Positions 38,570 to 50,410 of a stretch of 64,000 nucleotides of DNA are shown here, piece after piece. Each line of letters opens with the position of its first letter. The first letter of the stretch is position 1. Made by a program: the position numbers and the translations under genes. Source of the stretch: Stegostoma tigrinum. Lineage: Eukaryota. The notes below the pieces were generated by a model. It worked only from the letters and a program-made list of their open reading frames with translations, was not told the DNA's origin and ran no database searches. The stretch covers positions 21,659,578 to 21,723,577 of the forward strand of contig NC_081370.1 of assembly GCF_030684315.1 (NCBI RefSeq), given 5' to 3'.

Positions 38570-39889
38570 CTGTGCGTTGCAACAAAAAACACAACAGAGC
38601 AAAACAAACGTTAAGTCAACGTATTCTGGACAGTTATTCCACTTAAGTGAAACTTGTAGGCTGACTGTGGGCTTGCACTGAGCCATATTGCTCTAAAGAT
38701 TCAAGGATCTAGGCACATTGTTGAATGGGAGTCGGAGTCAATCAATGTCTGATTTCAGTTGGATGCGTAGGTGATTGTACTCTGACTTATTTCTCACATT
38801 TAAATTAAACTAACTCTAGAGTTACTGAAGTTTCAGATAGGGCTCATTTTACAGGTTTCTCATTATCCTACCATTTTATTATCAATTAAACCCCTCTGTG
38901 TGATATTATCCTGCTTCATTCAGGCATGTTATGGTAGTTCAGAATCACCTGTACATAAAAGGAACCGCGTCAACATGAGCAGTGATTATGCTCGGTAAGA
39001 ATCAGCAATGTGAACATAAACAGCTGTCTTCTAACTTCCAACATAGCTTCAAACCTCTGAACCTTCTGATATGAACAACCACAAATCTGACCCTACATGT
39101 TCAAATATATTCATTACTTTTATAACTATATGTGAATAAAATGTTTCTGGATGTACATAAAATGAGACATATAAGCAATATTTCCTTATTTAGTTCTTTG
39201 CTAATGCTGTAACTCTCCATTCCTTGGCTACAATTACAAAATTGGAATTACATGTTGAACAGAACTGCCCGTAGATTATCGATGAGCAAAGTCGTCAGCT
39301 AAACAAATCTACTGATGTGCCACAATTATTAGATGCTAAAATATATAGACATCAACATACAAATATAGAACCTTCACAATTGAGATGCAGCTTTGGGTTC
39401 TGAAGATTATCAAAAACGTCCCACAAATTATAGATTCAATTATGCATTATTTAAATTAAATCCCAAATTGGTGGTTTAAAACTTAGACAACACCAAAATA
39501 AAACAAACGCCATTTCTTCCACACAATAATTTTTCAGAGCAGGATGATCAAGTTGCTTAATAAGGCTTTAAAATGTAAATTGAATATTAACATGATCACG
39601 AGAATCCAATATGGTGTTCGCCCGAGTCATGCATGCACCTTGAGAACATGGCAGCCTCTGCAAAGGCTCAGTTTACATAGTAGCAGGCAAGAATCAAGCG
39701 GAAAATGGATGTTAAGTTTTTGCACAGCTATGTTAACTAGGCTAGGCAAGTGGATCACAATTGCCTCCATTGTCACATGATCTGGCAGTATCAAAATGGA
39801 ACTGAACTGATGCACTCTTTGAAAATGAGGCTTAGAATAACTTAGAATCTGATGCATGATTGAAAAAAAAACAGCAGAGAATAACATAC

Positions 39890-39907
39890 CTTCTTCATGG
39901 TGTACTT
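39890..39907 (-). CDS. TNNT3: TNNT3 18-nt cassette microexon (EVHHEE)
   Basis: cgcacag|AAGTACACCATGAAGAAG|gtatgt; resembles the EVHE-type exon of amniote fast TnT. Confidence 0.82.
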
Positions 39908-40696
39908 CTGTGCGGGATCAGGTACATGCAGTGAGCAGCAAATACAAAGGAGCAAAAATATGTTATTATTAAGTGTTAAAGAGCCAAAAAAAAATCAGTG
40001 CAGCTGGCACAGGACTACCCAAGTTGAATCATCACACTGTTAAATTAAACATAAGCGGGACCCCTTTCCAGTTTCGCCAGATTACTCATTTTGCAAATAT
40101 CTATCCTTAGAATAATTATTAGCACTACAGTTAAATTTTGGAATTGCTTCTAGTGCTCACGTTAACAAATTACATTGAATAATCCTCCTTTCTATAGGAA
40201 ATAATGAAATACACCCCAATATATCACTGAACAAATAATGAAGATGATGGGTGATGTGCAGTCATTCAGGATATAGATGGATATACAATAATGATGAAGC
40301 ATCCAGAATGAATGAAGATGTTCAAGGATGAAAACTGATGCAAAATTCAAAGGATATGGTGCAATGAGAGATAATAATTCAGTGGAACGATTGTGCATGA
40401 TGGCATGGGAGAATTTTTTAAAAAATGAATATGATGAGAAGTGGAAATAAACAGAAAAGAGGCAAATAGTGATTAGAAGGAAGGAAATGCTAACAAAAGG
40501 AAAATTGAATGGAAGTAAAGCAGGAGAACGCAGGAAGGAGTCTGGACATTCCGATAGAAAGGAAATTGAGAATGAAGTAGAAAGAGAAATCACAAAAATA
40601 AGAATGGGAAAGTTCAAGAAAGAAAGAAAATAAAAAAGATATTAAGAAAAAAGTAGATGACAAAAGGTGAAGGAAAATGAATATTGCAGTACATAC

Positions 40697-40714
40697 CTTC
40701 TTCAATAACCTCTT
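40697..40714 (-). CDS. TNNT3: TNNT3 18-nt cassette microexon (EEVIEE)
   Basis: ctatag|AAGAGGTTATTGAAGAAG|gtatgt; paralogous to 46367-46384. Confidence 0.8.
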
Positions 40715-43700
40715 CTATAGATGGTGTTAATGGGCAGCAAGCAGTAAAGCATCAGTGCAGGGATTACAGGTGCAAGGTAGAAAAGCAGAAAAAAAAACTT
40801 ATTTATATCAGCGAAAAGCAGTACAAGATTGAAGAGAAGTCCTGAAGTTGCATTACATTCACTCTAATTTACTTGAGTGTTCTAATTTTAATAAATGGCA
40901 TGAGCCAAAACAAAACAAAACACAAGTTTCACTCAAACTCTCTTAAATTCTTGGCATTTCAGACATAAAAGCTTTCAACAGATGTAAGAACAGTTCTGTT
41001 TTGGTTCTCTGCTAATGCTTAGACATTCTTATCTCCTCAAATTTGAGTATGATGCGAAGTTATTTGGCACACAATGATGTTCAACATTGACTGTCCATGA
41101 AAAGAAAATGGACAAGCTCTCCAAAGTGGTCCCAAATTTTGAATGTTGGCAAAATACGGGGAGGGTAATATGATGTACAACTTTCACATTCGAGCCATTA
41201 CATTGGACCAAGAACATTAATTTCCAATTTCATTGGACAACCTTTGCTCAGAAAAACCAAAGATTGCTGTTTAGAATGTAAAGCACACCTCAACAGCATT
41301 GCGGATTAAGATTGTCACCTGTTACATTTCTGGTTGGACAGTCCACTTTCTGAGTGAGTTGTTTCAAATTTCTATATTGCATGTGAAGGTAAATATCACT
41401 TAGCATTTGATCTTCCAAAACCAGAGCCAATAATTTTCCTTGTAGACTTTTACATCTTTATATGTGGTAGTATTTAATTATTTTGTCTATTGATAAACTT
41501 TTATCAACAGATGGATTGCCCACAGTCCAAGTTAATGTGCAGAAAATACTAAGAAATGATAACAAACTAAAGCTTTATATAAATAATAAAGATGGAAGAG
41601 CAGGTTGAGTGTCTGGACTGCAGTATGTGGGAACATGAGAAAAGTGGGATTGTCCTGAGCAAAAACATCTGCAATCAATGAATCCAGCTTGAATCTCTTT
41701 GGTTCATTATCATTGAGCTGAAGCGTGAGTTGGGAAAAAATATGGATAAGGAGGAGTCAGAGCAATATCTGCACAGTTTGCTCCAGATTTGGGGAACTTC
41801 TGCCAGGCAAAAATAGGTTGTCACCCAAGCCAGGTTTGAACTGTCATATGGACAAGTGAATTGGGGTAATGAAACATGGCTGGAAAGGGGTATTCTATTT
41901 CATGGATTCCATATCAGACATCCTTCATTGACACTGGCTCTAAGTGAAACAGGCAGGGCCAGATATACAACGGGAAGAAAAAATAGGGTAGTCACAGTGT
42001 TAAACCAGCAAATGGGGAGGATTGAATTAAATGTGAAAGATTGTATAGATAATATCTTAAAAAGAAATGGTTGGGAAGACAATAGGGTATGCATCAGAAT
42101 TTGTCAATTAGGCACTGGAGGCTGAAGAAATTCTCAGATATGTAAAGCTAATGAGCCAGGAAAGAGAAACAGGGAACCGATGAATAAAACAGTGGAACAG
42201 AAGGTTCGGGTGTGCGGCCAATCTAAGCAATTGTAAAAATATAAATTAACAATTATTAGGGAACAAATAGTCTGAGTTACAGGCACAAATTCAACTTGGA
42301 AAATTTGACATGGTAGCTTTTACATGGCTGTGGGATAGCCAAGACTGGGAACTAAATGTACATTCTTATAATCTACAGGAAGGATAAGTGAAATAATAAA
42401 GCAGATCAAATTGTGTTTGCAATTAAGGATGAAATTACTTGAATATTATTAGTTTGTATAACGAAAAGTGTTCAAGCACCGAACACTGGATGAGTAGAAT
42501 TAAGAAGTAGAAGAGATTTAAGACACAGTGATAGCTGCAGTGAAGTGGTAACTTGTGAAAATGCTGAGAATAAACATGTATGTAATAAAGTCAGAGTGGT
42601 TTTCATGGGGACTTTAATTTTTGTATATATTGGGATAAACAGACTATCATGTCAGAAAGATATCGCAATTTTTGAGCATGTCTTGGACAATTTCTGCAAA
42701 ACCGTAACCTCAAATCAACAAGTTAAATTAGATTTAGTAATGAGACAGAGTCAACAATGCAATATCATTGAGCTACTAGGTTTCAACATAATGTTTGAAA
42801 AGGTGAAACATGAAACAACTACTATGACTCTAGGTTTAGCTAAAAATGCCTTCAATGAGATGAGGCAAACATGATCCAAAGCACACCGGACAAGTTTGTT
42901 ACTAAGTTAAAAAGCAGATCTTCGGTGGGAATGTTCAAAATGATTTTGACATGATTCAGAGCAGTCTATAATCTACTTGCAAAAATAGATAATCATGGAC
43001 AACCAATACAAAACTAAAAGAAAAAGCTTACAAATCTGCAAAAACAAAGCAGTGTTGGCAGATAGGAAAAATACAAAGATCAACAAATGTTGACGAAGAA
43101 ATAACTGGCATGTTGAATAATTAATTTGTATTAACGTTTACACTAGAGAAGAGGTCAACATGCCAGCTATCCCAAAGAAGCAATTAAATCAGGGAAAAAT
43201 AAGGTAAAAAATTGGAGTAAACAAAATATCAGTAAAAGCAAAATGAATGGCTTTAAAGAAGGTAAAAAAGACTAGACGATTTTCATCCCAAGATTTTAAA
43301 GGAAGCGGGTGAACACTCTATAGATTCTCCAACTACAATCTCTCACATTTTTTTGCTAATCAGAAACCATTTCTTTAGATTGCTAAGTTGTCACTGAGCT
43401 ACTTAAGAAAGCTGAGAAAGGTAAATCAATAAAATATAAACCAGTTAGTCTGACAATCAGTTGTTAGTGACACTGCTTGAATTTATAATTAAGGATGGGG
43501 TGACCAAATACCTTGAAAATGTGCAGGTAAACAGAGCCAGTGTGCTTGATGAATTTAACTGTATTTTTTTTACAGAGATGACCAAAAATGCCTGTTCACA
43601 ACAGCATGTTTATGGATATAGTTATATGGACTTTCAGGGCATATGAAAAAGTTTCTCATAAGTGATTGTTGGCTAAAGTTGAAACTAATTAAATTGAAGG

Positions 43701-44350
43701 GAAATTATTGGTCCAGTCAGGAAATTAGTTGAGGGGAAATGGAATGATGGGGACGTACTCTAATTGGCAGAATGTGATGAACTTATACTATATTAATTAT
43801 TTGTTAACTTAGGTTTTGGGATGGAAAGTTTATCCAAATGATACAAAAATAGATGGTATTGTATGAAACACGAGTGGAAGTGTCAAATCAGAAAATGATA
43901 TCTGATTATATATATTTCTTTATATCCAGAATAGCAGGCAAATTGGGAGTAGACAAAGCTCTAGTTTGACTACATCTAGTGTACCGTGAGCATTTCCTGA
44001 CACTACATTTCAGGAAGGCGATATTGGCCTTGGAGGAAGCACAATGTAAGTTCGTCAGGATGGCAAGTGGACTCTGTCAAACAATGGAAACTAGTGCTGT
44101 GATTTAAATGAATAAGGGTGATTTGGTCAAAGTTTTCAAAGTGGTACAGGAAACAGTTAGGATTTATTACTTGTGGCAACTGGCAGTAGGAGGCACAGTC
44201 TAACAATTAGCACCAAACCTTTCAGGTGTGAAATGAAGAAACACACCTTCATGTTGAGAATGGTAGAATTTTAGTGCTGTCTTCCAGATACAACAATTCA
44301 TGTCATATCAATTGCCATTTTATAACTGAAGTTCACATATTTTTGATAAG

Positions 44351-44588
44351 TGATAATGGGAACTGCAGATGCTGGAGAATCCAAGATAATAAAATGTGAG
44401 GCTGGATGAACACAGCAGGCCAAGCAGCATCTCAGGAGCACAAAAGCTGACGTTTCGGGCCTAGACCCTTCATCAGAGGATGAAGGCTCTGATGAAGGGT
44501 CTAGGCCCGAAACGTCAGCTTTTGTGCTCCTGAGATGCTGCTGGGCCTGCTGTGTTCATCCAGCCTCACATTTTATTATCTTGGATTC
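44351..44588. mobile_element. Young palindromic Penelope-terminus-derived element
   Basis: Arms 44377-44478 and 44487-44588 are reverse complements with one mismatch and an 8-nt spacer; sequence matches the pLTR of 35240-37358. Confidence 0.92.
44485..44520 (+). ncRNA. Minimal type I hammerhead ribozyme motif (mirror copy on the minus strand, 44445-44478)
   Basis: ggct-CTGATGA-a-GGGT-ctag-GCCC-GAAAC-GTC-agct: core boxes, stem II, loopless palindromic stem III, GUC cleavage triplet ending at 44516. Confidence 0.7.
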
Positions 44589-45325
44589 ACAGATTTTTGT
44601 TAGTCAAATGTATTAAATGGCATGGGCAAAGATGGATATGTGGAGTTAACAGCCACAAACTTACGGAATAACATAAAAGGATTGAGGGCTAAATGAACAA
44701 CTCCTGTTAGTATTTTCCCATACATTGCCAGAATTCTGGTTGCAATGTCCCTATCACTCAGCTCCCCTTCTCCTAAACTCTGTTTTGGTTTTGACACATT
44801 AAAAAGATGTCAGTATAATTTAGATTATATTCTGTAGGTAAACACTTGTTCACAGCAGTCAGTTCCCCTCTCAATTTGAAGCCAGTCTCTTGACTCCCAT
44901 GTATTAAATCTGTGTCCAACTGTTTTCCTCCAGATAGCCCCACTAAGAAAAGATCTTTATTAGAATTTGAGCATGTTTTTTCTCTTCTAACGAAGTTTTA
45001 ACAAACAGGAAGTTTACAATAAGCATCCTTACAATAGGTTGTGAAATTATTTGTTTTTGAGTAATGTCATAGTTATCGCTAATTAATGAAGCCCAAATAT
45101 CAATCAGACAAGTACCTCAGACGTGAATAGGGCCCAGTTAAGATAGTGCTAAGTGGGAATAGAGCAAGAACAGAGTAACAAATCTCTATGCAACTATGTT
45201 AACATAGTTTACCAAGGCAGGAGAGTTAAAATGGTCCCCATTATCACTAAATCCAAATTTCCCAAAATATACCTAGTCCAAATGTTTCCTGAAAAGGAGA
45301 ATTGGACTAACAGACAGCAACATAC

Positions 45326-45343
45326 CTTCTTCGATGTATGCTT
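45326..45343 (-). CDS. TNNT3: TNNT3 18-nt cassette microexon (EAYIEE)
   Basis: tctcccag|AAGCATACATCGAAGAAG|gtatgt; phase 1-1. Confidence 0.78.
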
Positions 45344-46366
45344 CTGGGAGATGGCAGGGACATGCAGCAAGGTGCAAATACATAGAAGCAAAATCCATGT
45401 TAATACTGAGCACCGGAGAGCAAAAGGTAACAACATGGCAGACATGAGACACCAGGAAGAATCAACAAATCATTCAACAGAATTCAAGAGGTCCACCATT
45501 CTAGCAACACTAAGTTTAACAGCTCCAAGGCAGTGTAGTCCTTGAACAATTAATAGTGCTTAATTAATTCTTTGCAATATCTCTTAGCTGCATTATCAAA
45601 AGTTGCTTAAACAACTCCTTCTTAAAATTGCTGAATATCTATAAGAAATGACATCAATGGAAATGTAAGACATCACATCATGAATGGACATCATGAATTG
45701 CATAATGATATGCAACATTGGTAATAACCATGGAAACAGAATGATTAGGGTAAGGCAGGATAGAGGGAGGGAAAGGATACAAATAGATTGAAGGAGATAT
45801 TGAAGGATGCACAATAATCAGGATGAGGATGTAGAATGGTTACAGATAATTATGGAAACAGACTTATTGAGGATGACAAAAACTACAAGATTAATGTGGA
45901 TATTTTAGAATACAGAGTGATTGAGGATAGTCAAGGAAATACAAATTTGAGAATTATGAAACAAAGATTTATTTGAGATTATGTAGGTTACACAATGTGG
46001 AGAATAATGGAGGGTACATAACATTGAGGATAATGGAATATACAGAACTATAGAACAAGGTTAACTAAGCATAAAAAAGTGAAGGTGGAATAAAGAAACA
46101 AAGAGGAACAATAAAAGGGGAAATTGTGATTGAGGAAAGATAAACGGCAGAAGGGCAGAATGAAAAATGCAAAACAGTAGAATGAAGAAAATAATCAACA
46201 TACCAATGGAAAAGAAAGGGAGAGAATTTTTTTTTGAAAAGATGAAATTATATAAGAACTCAGGAGATGAAGAATCAGAAATGATCAGAATGATGAAAAG
46301 GAAAAATGAGTGAGTAAAGACAGATAAACAAATGAAATATGGGATTATGTTAGATGCACTACATAC

Positions 46367-46384
46367 CTTCTTCAGGAACCTCTT
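46367..46384 (-). CDS. TNNT3: TNNT3 18-nt cassette microexon (EEVPEE)
   Basis: cttcag|AAGAGGTTCCTGAAGAAG|gtatgt; phase 1-1. Confidence 0.82.
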
Positions 46385-47404
46385 CTGAAGGTGATATTAG
46401 CATGTAGCAAGCAGATAAGCAGCAGTGCATAAAATCAAAAGACACAAGATGGAAAAGCAGAAAAGAATTATTTTGACATAAGTATATCAGGAGGGACTGG
46501 TATATAATTAAAAATAGATTGGCTAAAGAGCAAAATACCACACCTTTACACCATTAAAACAACTTCCACTGCAATTCACTTCAGCATGCATAAAAACAAA
46601 CTAATTGTTGAAATAAATGCCAACTGTGTTGCACTTGAACCCAAACAAAATCAAACGCAAGTATCATTCCAACACCCTTAAATTCCTGACATTTCAGATT
46701 TACTCCTTTGCTAAAAGGTAATCAAAACAACCTAACTGGCAAATGTTCAAATGTAGAACCATCTTCCTCAATACTATTATTAAGCTTGAAACCTGCATTG
46801 CAGAATTCTAAAAACAAATCAATTCATTGTTCTAGCTACATGAAATTGTTTAATATATAATCTTCGATTTGTTGAATATGGACAGGGCAGCAAGAGTTGG
46901 GCGACAGTGAAATTGTCGCCTTCATTGCCTTTGAATTTGGAAAACAATGTGCGTGGCAAAAATCCATTTTGAATGACACTACCATGGTTGAAAAGAATAG
47001 AACAAAATGCTAGATAATTGAGAAATAGTGACCATTAAGTGCCAAATTGGATTTTGAAAATCTGAATGTGAATTTGAAAATCTGGCTTGGCTGATTTTTA
47101 AGCATAAAGATGGTGAGTTAGTGAACTCTTATAGTAACACTTTGCAATGGAATGCACTTAAAATCAGTTTTGAGAAGGTACATTTATGAGGAGGGCCAAC
47201 TGTGCTCAAGATCAAAGATTCTCTTACATCTCAAGCAGTTCCATTCACTGTGAAACATGACAATCAAGATGAATTCCACAACACTGAAACATAGTTACAA
47301 ACTGAAATGTTAAACTCCAAATTTACTCAGCAATCAGTTATAGTTATATATTTATTTATGTTTTCAAATTGAAACCAATGTGAAACCATGATCTCTGCAG
47401 AAAG

Positions 47405-47622
47405 GGGTGGTTTACCTCAGTTGGCTGGCAGTTGGTTTGCAAAGTAGTGTGATGCCAATAGCATGGGGTCAATCCCCTCACCGACTGACATTGCCACGAA
47501 GGACTCTCCTTCTAAATCTCTCCCCTCACCTGAGGAGCGATGGCACTCAGGTTAATTCACCACCAGTCACCTCTCTTTAATGAGAGAGTAGCCTATGGTG
47601 TGGTAAGGCTATGGTGACTTGA
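47405..47622 (+). mobile_element. tRNA-derived SINE
   Basis: A/B-box-like head tacctcagttggctgg...ggggtcaatccc; the same head recurs at about 10932. Confidence 0.55.
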
Positions 47623-47729
47623 ATTGATTTTCAAAAACCTACAATGAATTGTTTTGGGACATAATTCAAATTCATTTTGACTTTGTACTTTTATAACCAA
47701 TCTCTTTGTCTCTGTGGCATCTTTATACA

Positions 47730-48520
47730 CTCACTTAAAACTGTACCAGAGAACCAATAGGTACATAAGTATTTCTTCTTGAAATTAAGAGGGAGATCCC
47801 TGATGACTGAAGATACCAAAGAGATTTTGGCAGAATGGAATGTCACAAATGTACGCCTACAATTAAAGGAAGAGAGAAAATGTAGAGTACGAATATACAT
47901 CAGGGAAAATGTTATAAAGGATGCAACATCTATAGACTTAGAAAATAATGATATGCTTGTGAAGAGACAACACATGATGACAGGGAAATCAAGTTTGATA
48001 AACATGTTAGATTTTTTTGGTGAAGTATGGATGTGGAAGTAGTTGTTGTTGTGTATTTGGATTTTTGGAAAGTTTTTGATCGGGTCTTGCACAGTAGATT
48101 ATTGAGTGAAGATCTCTTGGGCTGAGAGATAATATACCAGTGCAGATTAGAAATTGGTTAACTGACAGATTGCAGAGGGCTAGAATAAATAGGTCAATCT
48201 CAGATGACAGGCTGTCACTAGTGGGTGTTGCAAAGAATAGTGCTTGGACTAAAACGTTCATAACCTCCACAAATGATTTGAAATGTGGGGATCAAATGAA
48301 ATATTTACAATTTGTTAATGACACCAAACCAGGTAGGGATATGATTTGTGAGGAGAGTGTAATGAAGCTTTAGCAGGTTAACTGAATGTGCCGGAACATG
48401 GAAGATGGAATATAATGTGAATAAATGTGAAGTTATCCACTTTGGTAGATAAAAAAAATGCAGAGTATTTCCTAAATGGTGAGAGTTTGGAATATATTGA
48501 TACCAGAAGAATCTGTAGAT
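47730..48520 (+). mobile_element. CR1 RT fragment
   Basis: GKSSLINMLDFF and IRNWLTDRLQR remnants. Confidence 0.75.
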
Positions 48521-48789
48521 ACTAGGTGAGGGTAAGATTAGGCTTTCTTGTGATGCTGCAAGTCAGATCCTACCTATGCTCATATATGGAGGAGTCTCCA
48601 GTGGCTAAGACACAGGAGAAAAAAAAATAGAAGTTTTGTAGCTAGTTTAAAAAGAACAATTCTAAAATGCCTGCTTTTTGTGATATCATAAACATTAAGA
48701 GTGCTGGAATTGTTTTCGTGGTGTTAAGCTATATAAGTAAAAGATGGCATTGGGAAAAACAAAGAACAGTTAGAAATCGTCTTCATTAC

Positions 48790-48813
48790 CTCCCTCTTCA
48801 TGTTCTTCATGTT
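48790..48813 (-). CDS. TNNT3: TNNT3 24-nt cassette microexon (EHEEHEEG)
   Basis: ttacag|AACATGAAGAACATGAAGAGGGAG|gtaatg; phase 1-1, Glu/His rich. Confidence 0.8.
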
Positions 48814-49179
48814 CTGTAATCCAACACGAGAGATAATAGTTGATGATTATTCGCAGCAAACTCTGACTTCATCACTTTAACTGCCCTCACCATGGGTATC
48901 AAATACAAGCATCATGCAGAGAATTCTGAATAATTAGCCAGGTGTAAACCGAAAACACTGAACCACTCTACTTAGATGATCCCATCTTTCATCCCTAATC
49001 TGACCAAAATTAATCTCTCTCATTTAGAGCATAATCTGGGACAGTACACTTTGTCATAACCTCCTAAACTGAACACAGAAAAGAAAAACCATCCAGAAAT
49101 CTCAGTCAGCGACCCCTGTAAGAATATGCACAAATAAAAAGCTCAGGTCAGAACAGGATCAGATATGATCATGAGGTGG

Positions 49180-49328
49180 TGGGAACTGGCAATGCTGGAG
49201 AATCTGAGATAACAAGGTGTAGAGCTGGATGAACACAGCAGGCCAAGCTGCATGACCAAGCTCTCCTGCTCCTCTGATGTTGCTTGGCCTGCTATGTTCA
49301 TCCAGTTCTACACCTTGTTATCTCAGAT
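49180..49328. mobile_element. Short fold-back Penelope-terminus element lacking the ribozyme core
   Basis: atctgagataacaaggtgtagagctggatgaac ... gttcatccagttctacaccttgttatctcagat inverted arms. Confidence 0.85.
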
Positions 49329-49649
49329 ACGATCATGATGCTTTATCTGACATACTGACAATCACTACCCAGGTTCACAGATGAAGAACCAGCCACATGA
49401 AACCAATCCAGAGGCCTGACAATAGCCATGAATCAGGATGAGTCAGGATTAGTTTTACTGGCATGAATAGATAGACTGGAAACAGTTTGTGGCAAGGCTT
49501 AAGTTGAAGAGGCTACTTTCAAAATTAATGCAATAAGTTAGTGCTTTCTGGCAAGGAGGAGAGAATTCTGCGGAAACCATTTTTAAAATTCTATATTCGA
49601 AAGGTTATGGCAAAAAACCTCCATGTCACCAAATTCACAAAACATTTCT

Positions 49650-50410
49650 TTTTACTCATTCAGGAGATGGGGTTCACTGACCAGCCCTAATCTCCTACAA
49701 GGTGGCACTGAGCTGCTTTCTTGAACTGTTGAAGCTCATTTGGTGTAATTGCATCCATGGTGCTGTTAACGAGGCTGTTCCACCGAAGGAACAGTGGCTT
49801 TTTTCCAAGTCAGAATTGTGACTGACTTGGAGTGGAACTTGCAGGCAGTAGTGCTCCAATGTACCTGGTGCCCTTGGTCTTCTAGATGATAGTCATAGGT
49901 TTGGAAAATACTGTTTGAAGACCCTTGTTGAGTTATTACAATACATCTTGTGGATGATACACGTTGATGCTACTGAATACCAGTAGCAAAGGGACAAATG
50001 TTTTTTGATGTGATGCCAATCAAGGGGGCTGCTTTACCCAGGATGGATATCTCTTTAACATTGGTGCAACCGCTTCATCCAGGCAAGTGGAGATTATTCC
50101 ATCACATTCCTGGTTTGTGCCCTCTGAATGTTGGATTTCAAGAGGTGAGTTATTCACTACAGAATTCCCAGTCCCTGACCTGATTTTGTCAAACATTTAC
50201 ATGGCTAGCCCTCTTTAGTTTTGTGGCCAAAGGTAGCCCACAGGATGTTGACTGTGGGAAATTCGGCAATAGTAATGCCATTGGATGCCAAGGAGCAATG
50301 GTTAGATTCTGTTCGGTTGGAAATGGTCATTGTCTGGCAAATGTGTGGCATGAATATTACTTGCCACTCATAAATCCATGCCTGGATATTATTCAGGTCT
50401 TGCTGCAAAT
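49650..50410 (-). mobile_element. CR1/L2-clade LINE 3' fragment
   Basis: ORF 50205..50477(-) LQQDLNNIQAW..EWQVIF. Confidence 0.72.

Larger units (their letters stand above)
41595..44710 (+). mobile_element. Ancient near full-length CR1 LINE
   Basis: ORF1-like Cys-rich start (gagtgtctggactgcagtatgtggga), VVFMG..F and LDLVM endonuclease remnants, LLEFIIKD and YMDFQ RT remnants, CR1 3'UTR. Confidence 0.7.

Noticed and set aside
40192-40705. Hydrophobic 141-aa and 71-aa minus-strand ORFs
   Set aside because: By-product of the pyrimidine-rich low-complexity intron
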